From IMG/VR virus record IMGVR_UViG_3300021164_000690: a stretch of DNA of 64,000 nucleotides. One strand, written 5' to 3'. This document shows, piece after piece, positions 37,453 through 47,182 of this stretch. The stretch comes from an uncultured virus (IMG/VR IMGVR_UViG_3300021164_000690). Its lineage: Duplodnaviria > Heunggongvirae > Uroviricota > Caudoviricetes. The notes beneath the pieces are model-generated. The model was given only the letters and a program-made list of their open reading frames with translations. It did not search any database and was not told where the DNA came from. The position numbers and the translations under genes were made by a program. Within the stretch, counting starts at the first letter, position 1; every line of letters begins with the position of its first letter.

Positions 37453-38073
37453 TTATTTAACGCTTTCAAAGATTTTCTTTTGTTCCTTGTACCACTCTTG
37501 CCATGCTTCTAGTTTGGCTGCGTTTTCGTGACAGCTTCCGTAGTTTTCAACGACTCTGTCGAGGAGCTGACTGGCTTTAACTTCGCTGGGGGTTCCATCA
37601 GTTGCGGCGGCACGTCCGGCCACTTCATTACGACTGGCGCTGTCGTGCAAGCTGACAGTAGACTTAGGCAAAGCACACTGAGCATCCAATTGCTTGCCCG
37701 CAACTTCTTTGATAATTTCTCTGTTAACATATACATTTTCCTTGACTACTTTAATTTTAGTAACTACTTTTTCTTGAATTACAACATTTACTTGCTGACT
37801 CTTTTCTTCTGCTATTTTTACTTTTGCTTCAAGTTCTTCAACTCTAGCCCGCCATATCATTTCAGTGCCATAACTTCCAAACAAATACATGCCAGCTGAT
37901 AATAAAACAACTCCTACCAATTCTGCTGGCAATTTATATTGCCCCATCATAGGAATCCAAGTAACCAACTTACTGGCTACATATAGCCCAATACCCAATG
38001 CGATAATAATGTAGGTGAGCCAAATGAAAATGCCATCTGGTATTAAACTTATCATCCATCCCAATTGAGCCAT
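37453..38073 (-). CDS. i-spanin (Rz-like)
   Basis: N-terminal TMs, coiled coil, C-x-LP...LHD, ENYGSCHENA. Confidence 0.75.
   Translation of the reverse strand: MAQLGWMISLIPDGIFIWLTYIIIALGIGLYVASKLVTWIPMMGQYKLPAELVGVVLLSAGMYLFGSYGTEMIWRARVEELEAKVKIAEEKSQQVNVVIQEKVVTKIKVVKENVYVNREIIKEVAGKQLDAQCALPKSTVSLHDSASRNEVAGRAAATDGTPSEVKASQLLDRVVENYGSCHENAAKLEAWQEWYKEQKKIFESVK
37509..37730 (-). CDS. o-spanin (Rz1-like lipoprotein) embedded in the i-spanin gene
   Basis: AAGGA SD 8 nt before ATG 37730, basic n-region, lipobox LSAC, Pro-rich mature part. Confidence 0.75.
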   Translation of the reverse strand: MLTEKLSKKLRASNWMLSVLCLSLLSACTTAPVVMKWPDVPPQLMEPPAKLKPVSSSTESLKTTEAVTKTQPN

Positions 38074-38804
38074 TAGATCATCTCCAACGCAACTGCGTAT
38101 CCATTATTTTCAAATATAAATGTGTTGTTAATTTTTGTAATGTTGTAGTTGCCAAGAGTTTTTGTTAAAAACATTATCTCACTCATGTCTTTGGATCCTA
38201 GTTTGATAGCACCCGGAATTCTGCTGTACAATGCATCTTTACGATCAAAATCTTTAATACGCATATTAACAGATTCAGCAAATACTCTTTCAAACCTAAT
38301 GTCGTCCTCTAGTACACTGACGTTTTCGGCAAATCCTCTTCTAAAGAAATTAGAAAAATTATTCATTTCGTTATTTGCAACTCTTTCATCATAGCTGTCT
38401 ATGTCTTTGGGAATTGCTGCTTCCAAAGTTTCTAAATCAGCCGGAATACTTTTAAAACTCTTGTAGTATCTAAACTTCCAATTATTGCTGCCAGTTAATC
38501 TGCTAGCGCCGTCTAATAGTTCTATAATTTGTTTTGACACGTGTTTAGTTCTTTCAATCTCAACAAACACTTTAAATTTTCCGTTGTCCACTGGTCCGTT
38601 AGTTGCATCAGCGTCAACAACAAAGTCGTAACCCATTTCAAAAAATCTTGCAAGGTCATCTGCTGGGGCTTTACTATCAGCAGTAAAACTTAGTACAACC
38701 AAATCTCCGTCTTCGCCAATTTTACTTTTATAGCTGTCAATTTCAAAAACGTGACTGATTAAATTTACCAAATCACCTGCGACTAAATCTTCATTAATTT
38801 GCAT
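38073..38804 (-). CDS. hypothetical phage protein
   Basis: 243 aa ORF, TAATG coupling. Confidence 0.75.
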   Translation of the reverse strand: MQINEDLVAGDLVNLISHVFEIDSYKSKIGEDGDLVVLSFTADSKAPADDLARFFEMGYDFVVDADATNGPVDNGKFKVFVEIERTKHVSKQIIELLDGASRLTGSNNWKFRYYKSFKSIPADLETLEAAIPKDIDSYDERVANNEMNNFSNFFRRGFAENVSVLEDDIRFERVFAESVNMRIKDFDRKDALYSRIPGAIKLGSKDMSEIMFLTKTLGNYNITKINNTFIFENNGYAVALEMI

Positions 38805-39343
38805 TATGCTGGTGCTCCTGCCGCTGGTGCTGCCGCGGTTGGCGGTGCTGCTGGTGCTGCTGCTGGTGCAGCTGGTCCTTGATTTCCAGCTGTTGGGTTC
38901 TTGCTAGAACGCTCTTCTCTAATACGATCCATATACCCGTTAAAAATATCAAACACTAATTTTTTAGGCATTGCAATTTCTACAACCCAGATAGGTTTGG
39001 AATCTAACTTGCCCTTCTTTGTTCCAGGACGTAAATCATCAGGTGTTCTAATCTTGCGCGGCTCTACCTTTTGTGTTTTTTGAAACGTAACCTTGCAGCC
39101 TAATTCTGTTAATCTTTTAGCAGCGATTGGGTCTGGCATTTTGTTATAGTCCCACATGAATTCTGCGGTAACCCAATGTCTATCTACTTTTGGTCCGCTA
39201 GCTAATTCTCCGTCTTGCCAGTTTTTATATACGTACATATCCATTTCGTCTAGAACTCTTTCAAAGTCCTTTAGAATAGCCAAGCTGGAATTGTTGTTAT
39301 AGATGCTTTCTACGTTTTTAATTACTTCTAAAATATCGCGCAT
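38804..39343 (-). CDS. hypothetical phage protein (Ala/Pro tail)
   Basis: 179 aa ORF, TAAATA upstream. Confidence 0.75.
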   Translation of the reverse strand: MRDILEVIKNVESIYNNNSSLAILKDFERVLDEMDMYVYKNWQDGELASGPKVDRHWVTAEFMWDYNKMPDPIAAKRLTELGCKVTFQKTQKVEPRKIRTPDDLRPGTKKGKLDSKPIWVVEIAMPKKLVFDIFNGYMDRIREERSSKNPTAGNQGPAAPAAAPAAPPTAAAPAAGAPA

Positions 39344-39507
39344 GGATTTGAGTCCTATATTGTACTCAAGTATTTAGCTAGGAAAGTTCTATGTAGTATG
39401 TGTTTATTATTTCACCAAACGTATAAGTAATTGTGTAGGACCTCTGTAGTTATCGAGGCGGTCGCTACAAGTTCTACTTTTACATTAAAGAGTAGGAGAA
39501 TAACTAG

Positions 39508-40227
39508 ATGAGTAAAAACCGCGTGAAAAAACGTTTTACATCTGATGTTAAAGTAATTGATTTCGAGTCATACCTTCCCCAAAAGAAGCAACGTGTAGTA
39601 ATGACAGCACGTAATTCTAACCAAAAAACTTACTTACAAAAATTACAAGAAGAATCGACTAGCATTGTATTTGCTATCGGTCCAGCCGGTACGGGTAAAA
39701 CCATGCTAGCGGTAATGCATGGTGTTAAGTTATATCAGGAAGGGTTAGTTGATAAAATCATAGTTACCAGACCCGCCGTTTCTGTAGATGAGGATTTAGG
39801 ATTTTTGCCAGGTACATTGAATGAAAAAATGGCACCATGGACTCGTCCTATATTTGACGTCTTAGGAGAGTATTACAAAGCACAAGACATCGCTAAGATG
39901 TTGGAGGAAGGAGTTATTGAAATCAGCCCACTCGCGTATATGCGCGGAAGAACCTTTAAGAACGCATACATTATTGCTGATGAAATGCAAAATGCCACAG
40001 TCAATCAAATGAAAATGTTACTAACACGTTTAGGAGAAAATTCTAAAATGGTAGTAACTGGTGACTTAGCACAAGCTGATCGTGTGAACGACAATGGCTT
40101 GATTAATTTTTGCAACCTACTCAAAAATAAACAAATGAAACATATCGATATAGTGCAGTTTGACCATAAAGATATTGAACGCCACGATGCAGTAAAGGAG
40201 GTGTTATCGCTGTACGGGGACAACTAA
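39508..40227 (+). CDS. phoH: PhoH-like ATPase
   Basis: GPAGTGKT, LGFLPG, LAYMRGRTF, DEMQN, LTRLG, GDLAQ-x-D. Confidence 0.95.
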   Translation: MSKNRVKKRFTSDVKVIDFESYLPQKKQRVVMTARNSNQKTYLQKLQEESTSIVFAIGPAGTGKTMLAVMHGVKLYQEGLVDKIIVTRPAVSVDEDLGFLPGTLNEKMAPWTRPIFDVLGEYYKAQDIAKMLEEGVIEISPLAYMRGRTFKNAYIIADEMQNATVNQMKMLLTRLGENSKMVVTGDLAQADRVNDNGLINFCNLLKNKQMKHIDIVQFDHKDIERHDAVKEVLSLYGDN

Positions 40228-40233
40228 TAAGTT

Positions 40234-40259
40234 AAAAAGGGGCTTAAGGCCCCTTTTTT
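40234..40259. terminator. bidirectional intrinsic terminator between convergent phoH and deaminase
   Basis: aaaaaggggc-ttaag-gcccctttttt. Confidence 0.85.
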
Positions 40260-40762
40260 ATTTGCACTACTTCTACGCCGGACTTTTCGAGAAACGCAAC
40301 ACCACCAGTATCCCGATAAGCGTCCCTATATAGAACACTGCCAATACCACTTTGGAATATAAGTTTGGCACAGTCCAAACATGGAGCATGGGTAATAAAC
40401 ATAGTAGCACCCATACCACTGTTGTTAGACTTAGCCAGTTTTGCAATCGCATTTGATTCGGCATGAAGTACCTCCGGTTTTGTTTTTAATTTGAATCTCA
40501 TTTTTCGACCGTGTGCAGATACCCATTCTTCAAAAGGCCATTGCGATTCAATTTCTTCAGGACTAAGTCCATGCTCAACACCACTCATAAATTCTTTATC
40601 TTCGCAGTTGTTATCCCATCCACTGGGCATTCCGTTATATCCATAACTAATAACTGTATCGTCTTTGACAATAACTGCACCAACTTGTAACCTACGTGCA
40701 TGGCTTAATTTTGCAGTACGTTCAGCAAAATCATTGTATAAATCTATATATTTTTGTTTCAT
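40244..40762 (-). CDS. dCMP deaminase
   Basis: VGAVIV, GYNG, HAESNAI, PCLDC. Confidence 0.92.
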   Translation of the reverse strand: MKQKYIDLYNDFAERTAKLSHARRLQVGAVIVKDDTVISYGYNGMPSGWDNNCEDKEFMSGVEHGLSPEEIESQWPFEEWVSAHGRKMRFKLKTKPEVLHAESNAIAKLAKSNNSGMGATMFITHAPCLDCAKLIFQSGIGSVLYRDAYRDTGGVAFLEKSGVEVVQIKKGP

Positions 40763-41229
40763 TCTATTTCTAACCAAGTATGGTCACCCATGTATTTTAC
40801 TTGTGTTTGATAAACATAATCTTCTGGAGGCCCACTAGACCAGTCAGTTGGACCGTGCTGTGTTAACAAAATGTGTTCCTTACGCTGGTCCCAAACTAGC
40901 CAATAATAATTGCCCATCACAGGTTGAAATTGATAAACGGCAGCGTGTACAGCATCAGTCACATCTAATCGACGTTTAATACCTTCTGCTTGTTTTTGTA
41001 ATACTGCTACTAATTCCATGATACGATCATATTCTTGCTGGGCATACATCCTAGCATGATTAATCATTATGTCTTTTTGTTTAGTAACAGGAATTAAATC
41101 AAACTTTGGCCCACCAGCTTCAGTTGGATACTCGCTTACATTCCTATTAAAGAATGGAACTACGCTGTCGCCAATTTTAGCATCATAACTATGCCTGCCT
41201 TTGGCTAAGTTTGATTTCTTTTCTGTCAT
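40759..41229 (-). CDS. DUF2452-like hypothetical protein
   Basis: helical region then F-x-PV-x-G-x-x-Y, P-x-DW, DHTW. Confidence 0.6.
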   Translation of the reverse strand: MTEKKSNLAKGRHSYDAKIGDSVVPFFNRNVSEYPTEAGGPKFDLIPVTKQKDIMINHARMYAQQEYDRIMELVAVLQKQAEGIKRRLDVTDAVHAAVYQFQPVMGNYYWLVWDQRKEHILLTQHGPTDWSSGPPEDYVYQTQVKYMGDHTWLEIE

Positions 41230-41549
41230 TCTTCAAGTAAATCAAGTTTGTTTGGTTTGCCGTTCCACTCTTCAGCATCTGGCAGTGCAGCCTTGCGCTT
41301 GGTAATAACTGGCCACTTAGCACTTAGACGTTTATTAATATCAGTCCACAATACAACATTTACATTGACGTCATTATCTGGGACAATGGCATCAATTGGA
41401 CATTCAGGGACACATACACCGCAGTCAATACATTCGTCTGGATTAATTACTAAAAAATTAGGACCTTCGTAAAAACAATCAACTGGACATACTTCTACAC
41501 AATCAGTATGTTTACATTTGATACAGTTTTCAGTGACCAAATATGTCAT
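41226..41549 (-). CDS. fdxA: 7Fe ferredoxin (FdxA type)
   Basis: [21 protein letters not shown]...[13 protein letters not shown]. Confidence 0.93.
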   Translation of the reverse strand: MTYLVTENCIKCKHTDCVEVCPVDCFYEGPNFLVINPDECIDCGVCVPECPIDAIVPDNDVNVNVVLWTDINKRLSAKWPVITKRKAALPDAEEWNGKPNKLDLLEE

Positions 41550-42460
41550 AGATGAGCTAACCTAATTAATGTTGCGGCCAAGTTAATTTCAACATCACTT
41601 ACTAACGTGTGATCAACTAAGCCTTGTTTAATAATAAGAATTGCTTTTTCTTGCTTTGCGTCATCACCAAATATTGTAATGTTGTCGTATAACCAGCGAT
41701 AAATATCTTCCATCTCTTCTGGACGTGCTTGGCTACACACTAGTTTACGTGCATCTGCAATTTTGCCAGCCTTAAATAATTCAACCATCTCAAATTTGTA
41801 GTCTGCTTCACCGGCATCACTCTTTTCTGGGCGATGCAATTTACCATCCATACTGTTCATTTGTACTGAATTGATGCACTTACGCAAATCTGGATATGTT
41901 GCGGCTACATAATTTGCCAATGTTTCGTCATCATACACAATACTTTCTGCTTTAAGAATAGTTTCAACCCGCTTAAACACTTCAAGTTGATCAACTTTCT
42001 CAACGTGGAAACCTTGACAACGACTGTGCAATGCTGGAATAATACGATTAGGATAGTTACACGTTAAAATAAATCGACTAGTTGTTGCATACGTTTCCAT
42101 AACACCACGTAAGGCTGCTTGTGCGTTTGGACTCAAGTAATCTGCCTCATCTAACATTACAACTTTGAATGCACCAAACGGAATCATTTGTACAAAGTTG
42201 ATAATCTTAGTACGCACAGTGTCTACATCGTTTTCACGACTAGCGTTAATTTCTAAAACGTCTAAATCGTTTACACCTAACTCGTTAAGCAAAATCTTTG
42301 CCAGCGTCGTCTTACCAATACCAGCGTTACCGCTAAACAACAAATGAGGGATTGTTCCTTCTTTAATCCAGCGTTGTACTTGTGCTTTTTGATGTTCATC
42401 TCTAAACACATAACCGTCAACTCTAGCTGGACGATACTTTTCTACCCATAATTGTTTCAT
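41546..42460 (-). CDS. clamp loader AAA subunit (T4 gp44/RFC small-like)
   Basis: LWVEKYRP, G-x-AGIGKTT, INAS, LDEAD, SRC. Confidence 0.92.
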   Translation of the reverse strand: MKQLWVEKYRPARVDGYVFRDEHQKAQVQRWIKEGTIPHLLFSGNAGIGKTTLAKILLNELGVNDLDVLEINASRENDVDTVRTKIINFVQMIPFGAFKVVMLDEADYLSPNAQAALRGVMETYATTSRFILTCNYPNRIIPALHSRCQGFHVEKVDQLEVFKRVETILKAESIVYDDETLANYVAATYPDLRKCINSVQMNSMDGKLHRPEKSDAGEADYKFEMVELFKAGKIADARKLVCSQARPEEMEDIYRWLYDNITIFGDDAKQEKAILIIKQGLVDHTLVSDVEINLAATLIRLAHL

Positions 42461-42477
42461 AATCACTCCTTTTGTAT

Positions 42478-42516
42478 ATTATACAGGTAAGAACAGGACT
42501 AGTCAATAGTCCTGTT
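42478..42516 (-). promoter_or_regulatory. sigma70-type promoter whose -35 sits in a hairpin loop
   Basis: TTGACT-17 bp-TATAAT; aacaggacta-TTGAC-tagtcctgtt. Confidence 0.85.
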
Positions 42517-42536
42517 GGGTTAGGTTAACCGTTTAC

Positions 42537-42875
42537 TTACTTGGGAATATATACATCCGATGGTGGTTCATCAGCCGATACCATAATACCGTTTGCATCA
42601 ATTCGACGAATAACTATTTCTTTTCCGTCTTGATCCTCCACAGTATGTCCTCGAGTCCATCGACCATGTTCAACACAAATCCACTCACCCACCTTGACGT
42701 CTTTTTGTTCGTTGCCAATAGCCCAGACTCGACACCAACGTGGTTTAATCCCGTGGTCTTTGCCGTCATCGCTACGTAATACAATTCCGCTGGTTGTTTT
42801 AACTTCTCCAAAATCCATATCAACTGCAAGTATATGATCTCGGATTGGTCTAATTTTACCTTTTACAACGTTCAT
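42537..42875 (-). CDS. groES: GroES-like co-chaperonin
   Basis: IRPIRDHIL, KTTSGIVL, V-x-AIG, VKVGE. Confidence 0.8.
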   Translation of the reverse strand: MNVVKGKIRPIRDHILAVDMDFGEVKTTSGIVLRSDDGKDHGIKPRWCRVWAIGNEQKDVKVGEWICVEHGRWTRGHTVEDQDGKEIVIRRIDANGIMVSADEPPSDVYIPK

Positions 42876-43093
42876 TCTTCGCCTTTCGCTGGATTGCCTT
42901 TGTAATATTCTGCCATTACTTCTTCACGCTTGCGGATAATTTTGCCACCTGGGCCTAATTCATCACCGCGAGCATTGACTCGAGCATTACCAACTGCTGG
43001 AGTTAGTTCATTTTTGTTTCTTAGTTTCTCAATATCAACTTCTTTACCGTTAGCACTACGGTAAATTTTGCGTTGTTGTTCTTTCATTGCCAT
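42872..43093 (-). CDS. hypothetical phage protein
   Basis: 73 aa, AVGN-x-x-VNARGDELG; AGGAG SD. Confidence 0.75.
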   Translation of the reverse strand: MAMKEQQRKIYRSANGKEVDIEKLRNKNELTPAVGNARVNARGDELGPGGKIIRKREEVMAEYYKGNPAKGEE

Positions 43094-43119
43094 ATTAATC
43101 TCCTGGATTATAGTAGTAT

Positions 43120-43629
43120 TTATCTTAAGAAGTCTTGCCAGTCTAAATTATATTTCATGGAATCTATCTTATGTACGCCTATTAGAAATAGCACATAACT
43201 GGATACACTAGATCCACGACCTACACCCCAAACTATATTGTTAGTTCTGCAATAATCTACGAAATATTTAAGCCATTGTAGCAATGGTAACATATTTCTT
43301 CGTTGAAATTCAAGCAGTTCTGCACCAACACGTTGTAGCTGATCTTGATTTTCACACTTGTCCAACACCCATTTAGCAATATCAAATGTTTTGTATTCTT
43401 CGGGCATCATCCAATCATTTTGACAAATACTGTCAAAAGTTTCTACATCAATGTCATATAGTGTTGGATCAACGTGATTGAGTTGGATGTTAGCAATTTC
43501 TGCTAGTTTGGATAAGTCAATGCTGTTTTCGCATAACACTTTGGATAAGTGTTCGCCATCACCCTTATATAGCATATTCACTATATCGGTAGAATCGTAG
43601 AGTACATTGCCAAATTTATCTGAAGTCAT
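43120..43629 (-). CDS. stand-alone fragment of DNA polymerase III alpha (DnaE) palm region
   Basis: RV-x-x-EL, VWGVGRGSSVSSYVLFLIGVHKID-x-x-KYNL. Confidence 0.8.
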   Translation of the reverse strand: MTSDKFGNVLYDSTDIVNMLYKGDGEHLSKVLCENSIDLSKLAEIANIQLNHVDPTLYDIDVETFDSICQNDWMMPEEYKTFDIAKWVLDKCENQDQLQRVGAELLEFQRRNMLPLLQWLKYFVDYCRTNNIVWGVGRGSSVSSYVLFLIGVHKIDSMKYNLDWQDFLR

Positions 43630-43638
43630 ACAGCTATT

Positions 43639-43878
43639 TTAGTTGACTTGTATTAAATTGTCAAGATCTTTATTTCTCTTTTGGTTTTGTTGTTCCCATG
43701 CTTTAGCACGGCGCATAGACATTTCATCCTTGTAAATTTGGATGAAACAGCTAATTTGATATTGTATGTCAGGATTTCTAGTCAACCAATACTTCTTACT
43801 CAAGTCGGCAATTTTAGCTTCGACTTCGGCATCCTTAAGACCACTTAGGTCATCAACTAGTGGATTGATTACTGGCAT
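43639..43878 (-). CDS. hypothetical protein
   Basis: 79 aa ORF. Confidence 0.7.
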   Translation of the reverse strand: MPVINPLVDDLSGLKDAEVEAKIADLSKKYWLTRNPDIQYQISCFIQIYKDEMSMRRAKAWEQQNQKRNKDLDNLIQVN

Positions 43879-44786
43879 TATCCAAATACTACGCCGTTAT
43901 TACCTACACAAAACCATTTACTTTCAATATATTGTAATGTACATGCATCACCCACATCGGCCAAAGTTATTGTACCATTGCCAAACAATTTCCAGCCTGC
44001 ATTAGTAACAGTAATTACCATAGGACCAGCGGCAGCAACAGTTGCAAATACTTTAATTTGTCCCTCAATACCCGCTGCAAGTGTGGCGGTTGAAGGAGAA
44101 CTTACTGAAATTGTACTTGCAGTTTTTACTAAACTTGCAGCCGCACCACTAACTAAATTCTCGCTGCCAGTGTACTCTGTACTAAAGTTTCGAGGGCCGC
44201 TAGCGGTATATGAGCCTAAGTATTTCATATAAACTTTGATGCCACCATCAAAAGTCCATGCTTCAACAACCTGATATTCTTGATTTGCAGGCAGGGTCAA
44301 TGCTCGTACAGTTGCAGATCCAGTTAATAATGGAAATGTGTTATCAAACTCTACATTACCAGTTCCTGATTCAGCAGTAAATTGCACAGTTCTAATAGTA
44401 GCATCACTCTTTAAGTGAAGTCTGATCTTAGCAAATCTATCACTTATGGGCCATTGAATAAACTGCAATGTGAGATTTGCCCCAATTGTGTAAATTTGTA
44501 AAGGGCCGTTTCTAACGTCTACACTAGTATTAGTACTGATTGGACCGTTATTTCTAACAGAACCGTAAAATTTATTAAATTCAGCGTTTTCTAAAATTTG
44601 TCCGTTAAAGTCGTTGTCATCATCAAGTTTTGCAGTTGTATTTTGCAAAGTTGTGATTTCACTCTTTGCAACATTTAAACCCGCTTTAATGTTTGTAAAA
44701 TTGTCCCTAAAACCTTGGCTATTATTGTCTTGCCCGGCTACTGGAAACGTGCCGCTAATGTTATCTATGTTTATTGCACTGGTCAT
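43878..44786 (-). CDS. probable baseplate/tail structural protein
   Basis: FPVAGQDN-x-SQGFRDNF, coiled coil, beta-rich C-terminus. Confidence 0.65.
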   Translation of the reverse strand: MTSAINIDNISGTFPVAGQDNNSQGFRDNFTNIKAGLNVAKSEITTLQNTTAKLDDDNDFNGQILENAEFNKFYGSVRNNGPISTNTSVDVRNGPLQIYTIGANLTLQFIQWPISDRFAKIRLHLKSDATIRTVQFTAESGTGNVEFDNTFPLLTGSATVRALTLPANQEYQVVEAWTFDGGIKVYMKYLGSYTASGPRNFSTEYTGSENLVSGAAASLVKTASTISVSSPSTATLAAGIEGQIKVFATVAAAGPMVITVTNAGWKLFGNGTITLADVGDACTLQYIESKWFCVGNNGVVFG

Positions 44787-47143
44787 GATATGGTTACCTT
44801 GTCATCTTTAAATACTAGATATTTATCGCTACTCTCACCAGTAACGGAATCTATTATATATCTGTCTACAGTATAGTCAAGATTTTTAAAGTCAAATCCA
44901 CTATACTTGATATTCAGCAGGATATCTGCTGAAGTTCCTGGATTACAGAAGCAGATTGGAACTGCCAACGTAAACCCCAATTCTTGTTTGGTTATGTCCT
45001 GTATACTGCGCATCCATAACGGCAAGTAATTTCTTTCAGTTAACCCAACTGCCCTAAGTCTTTCTCTCCAAATAGATATAGAGCTAGGAAAACGTATGTT
45101 AAAACTGGGATCGCTAATATGTATGTTTGTTTGATCTATTGTAATTCTATTATCTGGTCGGGGCAAGTACGGTTCTGCACGATTCATTAGGGCAGTATTG
45201 GTGTTAAGAGCCCAAATGCCATTTCCGCTGTCTACGGTTACCTTTTTAGGATCAGGTGAACGTGTAACAGTTGAATTTAGATATGCTGTTCCTTTCTCCA
45301 ACGGGTCAAACATCTCAACATAGATCACTTCATAAACTACTGTATTTGTTCCTGGAACTTTGGCCCTGGCTGTTTTTATATCACCAAATGTAAATCGTTT
45401 ACGTTTATGATTTAATCCCATGGCGGACACGTATTCTCCGGCTACTTTTGTTTCTATACCGCCGTAAATAGTCATTCTAAGATCTCGTTGAATTCCAAAA
45501 TTTACATCATTGGGTCTATAAATGCTACTGGATGTAAAAATGTTACTGTCATTAATAAAACTATTAAAGATTGCACGTTTATCTTGACTCATAAATGTTC
45601 TAGCAACAATGCTACTATATAATCTATCATTGGGAGTATTAATGCCTAAAGTAAATTCTCTACTTATAGCACTGTATCCGTATTGATCTTGTGCAGTAAT
45701 AGTAAACACAAAGTTTCTATCAACACTAGTTACACCACCGTCAAACGTTTGATTAGTGAATACACCATCTGAAAATGTTGTCATTCCAAGAGTTGACACA
45801 TCGCTGTATTGATTTACTTTACCAGTAATTTCACCATTGAGTTCTAATGTTAGTCCTGGTGGAAAAATTCCCGAGGTCACTCTATATAAAATAGTAGCAT
45901 CTGGAATAGTTGATGTTGCAGAAACTACCAGTGTGCTAATATAATTTGCATCAATGCTACCTAATGAACTTGGGGTTAACCAAGTCATCACACTTTCAAC
46001 CTCGCCCAATGTTCTTATAATAAATGTTCTTTTAGATGCAGCAGTTTCATTGTCAAGGCCAAATCTAGTGGCAGTGATTGTAAATTTATAAGTCCTGGTA
46101 ATTGCTGGTTGATAAGGAACAACTCCAAACAATTCAGATGTTGTAACATCAAACTGTAAACCTGGAGGTAGTTCGCTTATAGTTGAATCAGGATTTGTTG
46201 CGTCTAAACTATAAATTACTTGACCAATAACTGGAACTTCGTACGTGTCTAATAATATAGTCAAGTAATTGTTGGCTCGATGTGTTCCTAAATTTTCTGG
46301 AGTTATCCAAATAGGCTTTCTTATAAAAGTTCCATCTGATGTAAATACGCCAGTGCCCACATGCATCAAGGTGTTGTCCGCACGTAAAAAGTCGTCACCG
46401 ACTACATAAATTTTAAATGTTTTCTTTGTAACAGTATCCCCGTCACTTACACTTACCCTAAATTCATAATTTCTATTAAGTTTTTTTGGTGTAGTGATAG
46501 GCAAGTTAAAATCAAAAGTCACTGTATCATAAACAAAACTATCATAACCGTTGTCTGGACGATTTCCAAAATCGTAACCAATGCTGTCGTATAAGTCAGA
46601 GTTATAACTGCCACTGCCGTCTTTTATACTGTTAATTGTTAACAATGGTTTAATTAAGCCAGTTATCCTTCCACTTGAGGACATTGTTAATCCCGGAGGT
46701 AATACGCCATCTCCACTGGATATAAAAAATTGTAATGTTTGACCAGCTGCGGTGTCGTAGTCTATTGCATCAATTTGAAAATCAATAACTGACGAGTCTA
46801 AAATAAAAAAGGCATTGTTTGAACCAACTGGTAATGAACCTTCATCGTTTAATAAGTCAGGGTTGTCTGCGCCTTCTATATTTATAGTGAAAGTTCGATC
46901 AGATCGTTCTCCGTTATCTGTTGCACGTATGCAAAACGTAAACGTGGTTGCTCTAGCAACTTCATATGCGGTTCCTTGAATAGACGAACTGACTATTCTA
47001 AGCCCTGGAGGTAACGATCCGCTTATTACTGTAAAAGAAACACTTGGGTCGTAGTAAGATATTGGCAGTGCAAGATTGACAATTGTGCCTTCTTGTATAG
47101 TACCAAATGTGTAGCCAGATTTTTCAGTCCAAATATTCAACAT
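44783..47143 (-). CDS. baseplate-wedge-like protein with putative Ig (He_PIG-like) repeats
   Basis: four (L/F)PPGL...G repeats; start ATG 47143. Confidence 0.7.
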   Translation of the reverse strand: MLNIWTEKSGYTFGTIQEGTIVNLALPISYYDPSVSFTVISGSLPPGLRIVSSSIQGTAYEVARATTFTFCIRATDNGERSDRTFTINIEGADNPDLLNDEGSLPVGSNNAFFILDSSVIDFQIDAIDYDTAAGQTLQFFISSGDGVLPPGLTMSSSGRITGLIKPLLTINSIKDGSGSYNSDLYDSIGYDFGNRPDNGYDSFVYDTVTFDFNLPITTPKKLNRNYEFRVSVSDGDTVTKKTFKIYVVGDDFLRADNTLMHVGTGVFTSDGTFIRKPIWITPENLGTHRANNYLTILLDTYEVPVIGQVIYSLDATNPDSTISELPPGLQFDVTTSELFGVVPYQPAITRTYKFTITATRFGLDNETAASKRTFIIRTLGEVESVMTWLTPSSLGSIDANYISTLVVSATSTIPDATILYRVTSGIFPPGLTLELNGEITGKVNQYSDVSTLGMTTFSDGVFTNQTFDGGVTSVDRNFVFTITAQDQYGYSAISREFTLGINTPNDRLYSSIVARTFMSQDKRAIFNSFINDSNIFTSSSIYRPNDVNFGIQRDLRMTIYGGIETKVAGEYVSAMGLNHKRKRFTFGDIKTARAKVPGTNTVVYEVIYVEMFDPLEKGTAYLNSTVTRSPDPKKVTVDSGNGIWALNTNTALMNRAEPYLPRPDNRITIDQTNIHISDPSFNIRFPSSISIWRERLRAVGLTERNYLPLWMRSIQDITKQELGFTLAVPICFCNPGTSADILLNIKYSGFDFKNLDYTVDRYIIDSVTGESSDKYLVFKDDKVTIS

Positions 47144-47182
47144 GCTTCGCCCTCGATACAATATTTATCAAGGGAGTATACA

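Noticed and set aside
37509..37600. Frameshift joining the lipoprotein ORF to the Rz C-terminus
   Set aside because: Both frames are intact and match the known embedded Rz/Rz1 arrangement; no slippery site evident
33516..42875. Bacterial chromosome origin suggested by clpA, dnaJ, fdxA and groES
   Set aside because: Genes are interspersed with holin, spanins, a T4-like clamp loader and tail genes in phage-style packing
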